Below are positions 50,116 through 60,580 of a stretch of 64,000 bases of DNA, one piece after another. A model generated the notes under the pieces. That model did not search any database and was not told the origin of the DNA. It saw nothing but the letters and a program-made list of their open reading frames with translations. The DNA is from Azolla caroliniana. Its lineage: Eukaryota > Plantae > Polypodiophyta. Position numbers and translations under genes: made by a program. The stretch is taken from positions 13,888,001 to 13,952,000 of the forward strand of contig JBHGNT010000016.1 in NCBI GenBank assembly GCA_043228905.1, written 5' to 3'. How positions within the stretch are numbered: position 1 is the first letter of the stretch; every line of letters starts with the position of its first letter.

Positions 50116-51439
50116 CACTTATGAACAACAGAAGATGGGGGATGACTAACTATATTAAATTAGCTTTATCATCATCAAATACAAAAATACCATCAATGAG
50201 GTATATATAGATCTCATGTGCAAGGGTGCACATGTGTGAGGAGAATATAGGCATAACCGTATAAGTCCTATATTAAATGACTATGTGTGTGTGTATGTGT
50301 GTGAGAGGAAAGGAGAGAGAGAGTTAATAAGCAAAAGATTATGTGATATGTGTGTGTATGTGTGTGAGAGGAAAAGAGAGAGAGAGAGAGAAAGATACAC
50401 TTATGAACAACAAAAGATGGGGGATGACTAACTATATTAAATTAGCTTTATCATCATCAAATACAAAAATATCATCAATGAGGTATTATAGATCTCATGT
50501 GCAAGGGTGCACATGTGTGAGGAGAATATAGGTACAATCGTATAAGTCCTATATTAAATGACCTTGGGAGTGGAGGATCTAGAATATCCTACTTAAGTAC
50601 AAGGTCCTATTTAAGTCGTTATAGTCAACACTTCTAACTAGATTCTATCTAGGTAACTACGAAGTTACATGGTTGATTAACTAAACTAAGTTGAGCTTGA
50701 TCTCTCAACAACATATAACTTAACAGTTTCCAAATGGTTTATCTAATACTAAGTATTGGGTGTGTTATAGGTTAGAAGTTCGAGTTTAGATGTGACAAAC
50801 CTCCTACTTGCTAGAGGACCGAAAGTACATTCATTGTACCCGTTATATGTCACACTCAGAGAGGGTGACTTGTTCCTAGTGGATATTCCCGTGTCATCGC
50901 TATGGCATGGATGACTCAAACACCTCAGCAAGGCTGGCATAATGCACTTATCTAGATCCAGATACATTCCCAAACTCTCCTTCTCCGATCATTAATTCTG
51001 TGAGCATTGTGAGTATAACAAACAGACAGCCACCTCACGCCCGACGAGTGCACCAAGAGAATCGAGTCCACTCGATTTAGTCCATTCAAACATTTGTGGC
51101 CCTATGCCACATCAGTCTCTTGGTGGTGCTTTGTACTTCGTCAATTTTATCAATGACTCAACTCGAAAGGTGTGGGCTTATCTGATCAAAACCAAAGATC
51201 GAATGTTCACGGTCTTTTCCAAATGGCTCGCAATGGTAGAAAATCAATCGAGACGAAAGTAAAAAATGTCTTCGGACCGACAACAAAGGAATATTATATA
51301 CATTATACTATAGAATCCTAAACTATTATATACAAATGCATGTTCATATCAAAATGGTTGAGAATGGCATCTTGTTGATGTGAGGTTACAAGTTCAATCC
51401 TCACCAACAATATATTTGATGTCAATGTGTCGTGATAGG

Positions 51440-52400
51440 TAGATGGCATGCTTATTTCCAGTAAAAACAAGGATGAGTTATCAAGACAAACAATGCTTAT
51501 TTCCAGTAAAAACAAGGATGAGTTATGAAGACAAACATTTGACGTGAAGAATTTGGGAGATGCAAAACATATTCTCAATATGCGTATTTCTAGTGATAGA
51601 AGAAATCATTGTATTTATCTGTCTCAATTTGAGTATATGTCCAAATTACTCGAGAGGTTTAATATGGAAAATGCAAAACCTTTGAGCACAACATTACCTA
51701 CATATGTAAAGTTGTTGCCCCAAATTTGATGATGAAAAGGAATTCAAGAGAAAAAATCCCTATCAATCTATTGGAAATCGTATTTGTTGTGGGAGTTTTA
51801 AGCAAATTCATATCAAACTCTAGTAAGAAACATTCGGAAGTAGTCAATATAATATTGAGATATCTAAGTGGCACTAAGGATGTTTGGGTGGTAGTGATGT
51901 ATTTATTATTGGATACACAGACTTTGACTATGTTGGATGTTTTGACAGTAGGAAGTCTACTTCAAAGTATAGTTTTCAATCAATGGGAGGTGCCATATCT
52001 TGGAGACGTTGTCTCCAAGAATGTATTGCATTGTCTACCATTGAAGCAAAGTATATCGCAATTATTGAGGCATGTACGGAAGTTGTATTGCCTCTCGTGG
52101 CTAGCTTGTGACATTGCCTTACCTCAAGTTGTACCTAGTTGGGCATATGTCAACTTGTTCCTAGATTGCTTTGTGATAGTCATATTGTCATTGGCTTAGT
52201 TAATAATCTAGTCTGTCATGCAAAGACCAAGCACATTGGAGTGCGATATCACTTCATCCAAGAATGTGTAGCCATTGGTTGCATTAGGCTTAAGAAGGTT
52301 GTTTCTTGAGAAAATGGTGTAGATGCATTGTCCAAAACCTTACCACATGATGCATTGGAGCATTGTTGTCACTTGATTGGGGTTACTCGGTTCTTTAGGT
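51440..52400 (+). mobile_element. Highly degraded AT-rich Copia RT-RNase H relic
   Basis: KNLGDAKHILNMRI..LSQFEY, GYTDFDYVGCFDSRKSTS..GGAISW..LSTIEAKY, HAKTKHIGVRYHFI. Confidence 0.85.
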
Positions 52401-53989
52401 TACACAATCTTTCATGTACACTATGTAACATGCCCATCAAGTGGTAGGTATAGGACTTGTAGAATCCTCCCTTCATTTTTGTCTTTTTGGCCTTTGGTGG
52501 GTAATTCTCAAATATGGTGTGAAAAGCAAAAACAAAGAGCGACCTTTTAACACTTCATTTTACTAAGGTGTAAAATAGCAACTTAGATGTGAAAGGGATG
52601 AGAAGTGGATATAGAGAACTTACCTATTGGATATTTGGCAAGTTTTATCACATTGGTATTTGAGGCCTCAACAATGGGCGTTTTTTGAGTATGTTCAAAA
52701 TGGTCCAAATGACAAGATGGAGATATTGTTCCTATTTTTACAATATTGGGGACTGCAACAGAATTGAAAAATGTGTAATGTTTTCATGTTTGATAGTAGA
52801 TATGGTGTGAAAGCCTATATAAAGAAATTGAAAGGGATCCTTATGTTGAATCTATGGATGTTAGAGAATGTGGGGATCATTTCCTCAAGTGCATATTAAA
52901 GTTTTCTAATAGCTTTATTGGATGTCTCTCTCTCTACATATTTAGGTAGATGGTACTAAGAAGTTGGTAACAATTGGGTTTTACATACAATTAATATAAT
53001 TGTGTGCTTTAGCCAAAAAAGAAAGAGGGGGTTTTTTGGCCACCAAATTTTCCTATGGATTCACTTCCCTTCTCCTTTCTTGGATGTATGCCCTTCCTCC
53101 TTAGGCTCCTTTGCTAAGCTTAATGAGATTTGGGGTACGATTTAGTTCATTCACCAATCGAACAATAGATTCAAGCACATTGGAGTTTAGCATGCCCCAT
53201 AAATTATTAGTACTTGCATGACACCATCTGATTAAATAGTCTCTAGACCAGTCATAGAGTGGGTGAAGGTTGAAAAATAGGGAAAGAATTCACTCCCAAA
53301 TTGAGGAGAAATGTTTAGCTCTATTTGCTATAGAGAAGGCTTTGCTCATGTCAACAAAGTGTAGGCTCCAAAGGTTGATGTAATATGGAGCCTTTAATGT
53401 GTCATACATTTTATGGTAAAAACTTGCTTGTCATTAATGCTAGACAAATTCAATGTAATCAGAAAAATAACCAAAAGTTTCAGGTTTGGAACCTAGGTGA
53501 AGATTGTTTAATATAACTTTTGATCCCATGTTCAATAACACCATGGTGGTGCTATTACATTCTCTTGGTGTGCAATCTAGAGTCTCTTTATATTGTGGTG
53601 GTAACTAGAGGGGCAACACTTTCGGCATCTGACATGTGTACCAAGTGTCGAGTACCGAGAATGGATTTACCATGGAAATGTCAAGATATCAAGCATTCTC
53701 GAGGCAGCAGCTACCAGAATGATGAGATAATGAAAGTGATCCAAATCCACATTGTGTAGGGTCATGGGTAGTTATGATTGTTGATTGAATTTAGGTGACA
53801 CCCAACCCTAGGATTTTGTAGTAATGAATTATTGTGTAGCAACAAGAAGCATCCTGTTTAGTTTGGATTGGTTCGGGGAAATGTCGGAGACCCATTGAAT
53901 GCATGTAGTCGGTCCGGGGCCGATCGGATCAGTCGACCAGGATTGTATCAAACAAAGCAAAGGTCTTTCTTATACCATGAATTCTTTCT

Positions 53990-54527
53990 TCAAGGGGAGA
54001 GCTTGGTTGGATAGAGGAGGGGTTGTGGAGAGGAAAGGAGGATGTGGTTTTGCAGGAGGCGGCGGAGATGGCGGGATCGACAAGGCAGGCGGAGAGGGCC
54101 ATGGTAACCCGAGTAGCCGAACATTAGGGCAGAGTGTTGCAGGAGATCGGCAAGGATCGGATGCCCTAGCATGGAGGCATGGATGAACACCAGTTGGATA
54201 CTGAGATCATGATGAGAGTGAGGAACATCACCATAACCATAACCATCACCATCACCATCACTACCATAGTTACCATGGCTACCCTTACTACTGGTTCTGC
54301 AGGCATCATCATCATCACCACTGCATGAGCTATGGACACCACCACCACCATCATCATCACCAAATTCGTCCATGAGTAAGACAGGCACATAGCCTTGAGG
54401 GGCTTTTCTTGGATCCTCCAGCTTCAGCTCTTCCATGACTAGTGGTGCATAACTGTGATCCCATTGTGCCGCCCCACCATAGCCACATGTGGTGCCATGG
54501 GACATGGCCGGCTTAGAATGTGGAGAT

Positions 54528-54563
<36 letters not shown>

Positions 54564-54694
54564 GGTTTGCCCAAGCGATGCAAAAGAGAAGAAAGAAGCT
54601 TCCTCGAGGTCTTATGCAGGCAGCCTTTCTTCTTCGTCGTCTTCATCAACGCCATCATCAGCATCGTGGTCATCATCATTATCTTTGCATCCAT
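53990..54694 (-). CDS. SAUR: SAUR (small auxin-up RNA) family protein
   Basis: Intronless 234-aa ORF; APQGYVPVLL ... FIHASMLGHPILADLLQHSALMFGY..GPLRLPC matches the SAUR domain consensus. The symbol is family-level only. Confidence 0.9.
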
Positions 54695-55048
54695 AATCTC
54701 GTTGTATCTAATTTTCTCTGAGAACTATTACACTTTCATTTCAATCCTTGTTTCTCTCTGTATATATATGTATATATATATATATATATGTCTGTCTGTC
54801 TACATATGCATATTACCGACTGGTTTACCTATTCAAAACCAAACCTATTCAAAAAGCAAAATTGCCTTTCTCTCTTTCCATAGTCAAAAACAAAGACCTT
54901 TTCAACTCGACTCATACAAACATGCATACATACATTAACATACATTACATACATACATACATAACATTCATTCAATACATTATTACATTACATACATACA
55001 TAACATTCAGTCAATACAACATGCAGACATGCATGCATGCACACATAC

Positions 55049-55349
55049 GTACATGGTATTCATTGCCTACAATGGTATGTCCTCATGGTGATTACATCTA
55101 TGCTTTCAATGCTTAGTTGATCTCTACTGCATAGTATTATAATTTATCATCATTGTCATCCAATAGGAAAATAACAAAGCTATGATGTGTATCCAGACAT
55201 AGGTACATGGTATTCATTGGCTATAATGGTATGTCCCCATGGTGATTACATAAATGCTTTCAATGCTTAGTTGATCTCTACTCCATAATATTATAATTTA
55301 TCATCATTGTCATCCAATAGGAAAATAACAAACCTATGATGTGTATCCG
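55049..55349. repeat. 154-bp tandem duplication upstream of SAUR
   Basis: gtacatggtattcattg...gatgtgtatcc at 55049 and 55203. Confidence 0.92.
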
Positions 55350-57603
55350 CATCTGGGAACAATTGCATTCCCTATGTATGTAAACAAGAATACATTTGTG
55401 CTCAAGATCATCATTCCTTGTGTTGTAACTATGTATGTGAGATCATCAACGCTTGAGCAAACATATTCTGTGTTGCTCGGAGCTCGGTTTCGTTTGGTGG
55501 AAAACAATGAAAGTGGGTTGAAAGAAAATACATTGAGAAATTTACTATCCTATAAAAGTTTCTTGCGCACTTGTTACTAGCATAGAGAAAACGGCTTGTT
55601 GTTTCTTTCTGGTTCAACATTTCTTCATATTGATGGTGAAATTATAAGAATGCATTTGTATAAAACATTTGAAAAATGGAACAACCAAGTCTCTCTTAAT
55701 TATCATATTATCAAAATGGAAATTGTTCATGTGTTTATGTTTATGACAATGAGACAATGAATAAAATATCACATAATTCAACTATTGTAATGAACCCAAG
55801 ACAACATTGCACAATGAATGAAACCACACAAGCAAGTCCAAAATATCTCCATCAACATTATATTTATACTTTTGACAACAAAAAGGTTAGAGACTCAAAT
55901 TGACTTGTGAATCAAATTGCAAACATATCCATATGATCTAGACATGCCTCTAAGTTTATATTGAACATTTTCCAATAAATAAAATGAAATTCCGTCTTCA
56001 CTTGAACAATCCCTAACTAGAAGGTGAAACAATGAATAAATATCCAATTAACCTAAGGTCACCTAGTTGCATTGACAAAAATTGTTACTATGGATTCACG
56101 CAATGAGAATTTATCACATAAACTGAATTTGTGTGCGTGAGAGAATGGGCACATATAATGTGTACATAACACACTTGGTAGCAATTGATATAGATAATGT
56201 ACTTACATATTGTACACAACACTCTTGATAGAAATTGATATGTATAATATACATAACATGCTTGGTATGAATAGACACATATTGTGTAGATGAGACACTT
56301 GTATATACATACATATATGGAAAATATTGTCAATGATGCAAAAAGGATTTCAATGGATACGATATCTATGACATGCAACTAAGCTTTGAATGAAAATGGC
56401 AAATATGGCATGTAACAACTTTGAAAGTGTGAAGAATAAACATGGACTTTGTGGTAACATTTTCTTTATATGTATGTAATACATTTTTGGACACCCCATC
56501 CCATCCAACTCCATCTATGAATAAAGATTCATCAGCTAGCTTTATGAGAAATCTTAGTGTGGTTGTTACTATTTCACAATTTGACAATGCACGTCACAAT
56601 CTAGAATAATGGGTCTAATGTTGTGGTCATTATACAAACGCTACACATAAGTGTTGAAAAGATCACTTCATAAAAGACAATGTTGAAATTTTATATGCAA
56701 TAAAAAAGCGGCTTTAGAAATTGACTCTACAGAGCACGAGGTTTGAAACCAATTCTAACAAATACATTTGCAGTCTAAATTATAAATTAAGACTTCTCTT
56801 CTCACATCATTCAAGATGGGTCTAGCATCACCATGATAGCCCACATTTTAGTAGCATGGCTTGAACATCCACATCCTAGTGTATACATATATATACACGT
56901 GTGTATGTATGTATGAAACGTGAAAAATATGATAATGTTGTCCTTAAAAATGTAAGCTTCCAAAATGAATAGTTGTTCTCTCATATCCAAAAAGCAAAAT
57001 TAGGTATAAGACTATAAACCAATGTGCTCCAACGTTAATGTCCAATGTTGACTATTTCTTATAAAGCTCAATGCATTTAAATATTGGAAAACGTTTTCCA
57101 ATTAATGAGTAACTAGAATTCAAAAAGTGGGTTTCGATTCTAGAAAACATTGTAGCCCTTTTGGAGGTCAAGTTTGTTACTTTGGTTCTAAACTAAATTG
57201 AAACTATCAAATATATGAACTATAATCTTAGCAAGCACCACAACTACGACTACAGGAATATTTATAAATTTTTTCCTTTGTGATCATTAATTGATATAGG
57301 GTTTTCATTGACCATTAGGTCTAAGACAAGGAGTGCGAAATGGTGTGTCATCGGTGAATACAAGGCATGGAGAGGTGGGAGTGTAAGCTGAGAGAGAGAG
57401 AGAGAGAGAGAGAGATTAAGAATTGAATTACTAATAGAAATTAAAACTAAATCTACCTACAAGTATAGTATGAGAGATATAGTGAGAAAGAGGGGATTAG
57501 TTAACTAATTACTAATTGAGAGATAGAGAGAGAGAGAAATTTAAAAGACAAAGTCTAATTATCATTAAAAATGAAAATTACATAGGGATAGGGATGGTCA
57601 AAT

Positions 57604-57643
57604 GCAAACTAGTTTCGCCCCCACAAGGGGGGCTCATCAATGC
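57604..57643 (-). ncRNA. Minimal type I hammerhead ribozyme motif (core partly mutated)
   Basis: Minus strand reads GCA-TTGATGA-GCCCCC-CTTGT-GGGGGC-GAA-ACTAGT-T-TGC: stem I, CUGAUGA box with C>T, 6-bp stem II, GAAA, palindromic stem III. Confidence 0.85.
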
Positions 57644-57869
57644 TAAATGACAATGTGGGGTGTATGATGGTTTATATAAGGAGGGTAGGAGAGAGAAAGG
57701 GAGAGAGAGCTTTTAATGGGAGTTAGTAGAATTATGGGTAGTGATGGGGGTAAGGATTTCAAGGATGATTATGAAAATAGGGGGAAGGATTCGCTTAGTG
57801 ATAAAAAGCTAGGGGGTGTGAGGGAGGAAAAGAGAGGGTATTAAGAGGGGTAGAGATAGATACTATTAT

Positions 57870-58300
57870 CGTCTTCGGAGGTTAAATATGATCTATGAGA
57901 CAAAAAATATTACATTTCAAGTGATAGGTGTGAAAGTGAGTAGCGACTCTCAATGTTCAAGAACTTTACCAATGAATGTTGCAATTGAGAGTGCACATTG
58001 TGGTTGTGAGAGAAATTTGTGCAAGGATTGGGCTCGGTCGAAGAGATGTGGAAAGAATGGTCGAATATGATCAAAGGCAGAGCATTGTATCAAAGTGTGA
58101 TACTCAGACTCTCGAACTTGTTTAGGGCAAAGTGTGCATAGCTGCCCACTCTCATCACTTGTGCCCCAACCCCTTGTCTCACATCGCAATGCATGTGAGC
58201 TAAGCCGCATGGAAGCAATGGTTCAAATTATAGATAACGGGATGGGCTCTAACATGTATCGATGTGTACGGTTTCCCTGTTCCATGAAGAATATGAAAGG
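57870..58300 (-). mobile_element. 5'-truncated LINE 3' end (CCHC C-terminal domain)
   Basis: MRLSSHALRCETRGW..LCTLCPKQVRESEYHTLIQCSAFDHIR resembles non-LTR ORF2 C-termini. Confidence 0.75.
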
Positions 58301-58509
58301 GAGAAGGGTAGTAAGAGGGAAAATAAGAAAATAGTTTGGGAGGATAAAGTTAGGAAAACATTTGGAAAGGTAAAATTAGAGGAAAAAGGAGGGGGGAGGG
58401 GTAAGAGGAAAAATTAAGGGGAGGGGTAAGAGCATAAAAAATGATGGGGAGGGGAGGGGTAGGAATCTAAAATAAACTAAAAAGCTAGGGGAGGTGTAGT
58501 GTTAAATAC

Positions 58510-60018
58510 CTTCCCCTAGAAACCCTTATTGAAAAATACAATAGTATATTAGTATCCTACAAGAACAACTACTTAACACTAAAATTAAGTACGTTAAAAC
58601 CCCCCTACCACCTTCTCTCAACCCTTAATAGCCTTAAGAGAAATACCAAAATCCTTATCTTACCCACCGATAAAATATAGGAGTTATATATATTATACTA
58701 AAGTTATAACCCATATCTCAAATACCACCACTTATAAACTAGTGATCCACTTTCCGTTAGAAGAACTCTTAGATCGATTAAATATTATAGTTAGACATAA
58801 TCTATGCACCCTCTCTATGTTAGAAGCCAACTACATTCTCTACAAACCACCCCAAGGTTATATAGTAGCTAATATCTACTTTCTCCCCAAAGTTCATAAG
58901 ACACCTTTAGGATTTAGACCTATATGTTCATATAACAACTCCATCTTTGAACAAACATCAAAATGGTTACACTATCAACTCCTACCTATCCTATTAACTC
59001 AAAGCCAATATCTAAAAGATTCTCACTCCCTCATCTAGACTTTAGAAAATCTGATCCCCTCCCAAATAGTTTCATTTTTACCTTTGATGTTGAGTCTCTC
59101 TATCCTAGCATCCCACCAAAATTAGAACTTGAAGCCCTTAGGAATATTATCTCCCCTCATTTCTCAATAAATAAGACAAATCTTATATATAACCTTAGCG
59201 CCCTAACCTTAAAATATCATTTCCTAACTTTTGACAATCAAATCTACCAACAGATTAAGGGCACCGCCATGGGTAGCAACTTCTTTGTTATATATGCTTG
59301 TCTCTTCCTATCACGGCCAAAAAATTCTCATTCTCCCCCCCATCTCTTCTACTTCACTAGGTATATAGATGATGCCTTTGGTGTATGGACAAGCACCAAA
59401 CCTCAACTTTTAGGCTTCCTAAAATTCTATGGTGACACCACCAATAATTCTATTCGACTCACCATATAAACCTCTCCTACTAGGCTTCCCTTTCTAAATA
59501 TATGGATCAACCTTCTTAATAACAAATTATCCTTTAACCGCTTTCAAAAGCCCCTTAATACATATCAATACATTCCTTTTTCTTCTAGCCATCCACTCCA
59601 CGTTAAGCATAGATTCATCTCTAACGAGCTAAAAAGATACCTCATTAGAGAGAGCACATCCTTAGGCTATTCAAATATGAGAAATTTATTTTTTTCTTGG
59701 CTTGCTATTTTATGCTTAGGAACTTTAGGAAATACCCTTATTCTCTTAGACAGATACTCCTTTTTAAGCATAAAACTCAAGCTTCTCTTACCCCTACCAT
59801 CTTTAGACTAAGATATATCATACCACCCTTAAACTAGATATTCAAACTTTTCTCCCTAACCTATATAGTGATCTTATTAAGGATCCCCAACTTTGTAGTA
59901 TCCCTAAACCTCTAATATGTTGGAGAAAATCTAAAACTCTACATTCACTTTTAGTCAAAACTAAATTCCCTAGGTCCCCACACACCCCACCACCCTTACT
60001 TATCCCTATTATCCTTTA
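58510..60018 (+). pseudogene. Penelope-type reverse transcriptase, 5'-truncated and frameshifted
   Basis: ILPTDK, YFLPKVHK..RPICS, FDVESLYPSIP, YQQIKGTAMGS, RYIDDAFGVW, LPFL, YIPFSSSHPLHVK, KPLICWRKSKTLHSLLVK. Confidence 0.92.
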
Positions 60019-60124
60019 ATACCCTCTTATAATACCTTATCATAATGTCCCCTCATCTTTCCTTATTACCCCTATTATGTCAACTCACCTTACATCACAT
60101 CCCCTTAACTATCTTTGATAGACA

Positions 60125-60545
60125 TTTCTCTCTCTCTCTTTTATCGTAATTAGCTTACCCTAGTGGTAAGTTGTTAGGTTCGAAACCCAATTTTTTCATT
60201 TCTCTCTATTATATACTTCACATATATCTCTTAATTCACTAGATGCCACTGTGAAATGTAGGGGTTGAACCCATGACCACCTAGTCTCCATTGGACAACC
60301 TTATCAACTGAGCTCGCTCACTCTCTCTTTTATTCTATTTTTATTGTAATTACCTTACCGTAGTGGTAAGTTTGGTACCACTACAAGCACTGGGTTTTGG
60401 GTTCGAAACCCAACTTCCTCACCTCTCTATTATATACTTCTTATATATCTCTTAATTCACTAGATGCCACTATAGAATGTAGGGGTTGAACCCATGACCA
60501 CCTGGTCTCCATTGGGCAACCTTACCAACTGAGCTACATCCATTT

Positions 60546-60579
<34 letters not shown>

Positions 60580-60580
60580 C
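60125..60580. repeat. ~221-bp tandem duplication, each unit with convergent tRNA-derived (SINE-like) A/B-box heads
   Basis: Plus strand TAGTGGTAAG..GGTTCGAAACCC (60160-60190, 60359-60413); minus strand TAGCTCAGTTGG..GGTTCAACCCC (60258-60315, 60478-60541). Confidence 0.7.

Larger units (their letters stand above)
41162..50710 (-). mobile_element. Copia family A element with RT/RNase H deleted
   Basis: TSD ACATA (41157-41161, 50711-50715); 5' LTR 49959-50710; PBS 49947-49958; 3' LTR 41162-41525 plus 46810-46888; PPT 46889-46898; gag, PR and INT present. Confidence 0.93.
40931..51195. repeat. Local duplicate of ~39535-40195 (chromovirus LTR end, AACCT, Copia B integrase), split into 40931-41161 and 50716-51195
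   Basis: The junction gatgtga(c/t)a-aacct-cctacttgctagagg occurs at both ~39785 and ~50790. Confidence 0.9.
36303..51290 (+). mobile_element. Old Copia (family B): LTR ~36303-36555, PBS 36558-36569, gag from ~37290, PR and INT; interrupted by nested insertions
   Basis: caaca-tc-TGGTATCAGAGC; FNFWKEQMQDYL, LMSSLPPSWETF, WLLDLGASYH; integrase pieces at 39797-40195 and 50800-51290. Confidence 0.85.

Noticed and set aside
60258-60541. Functional tRNA genes
   Set aside because: A/B boxes are present but I could not form a full cloverleaf; one head is internally deleted.
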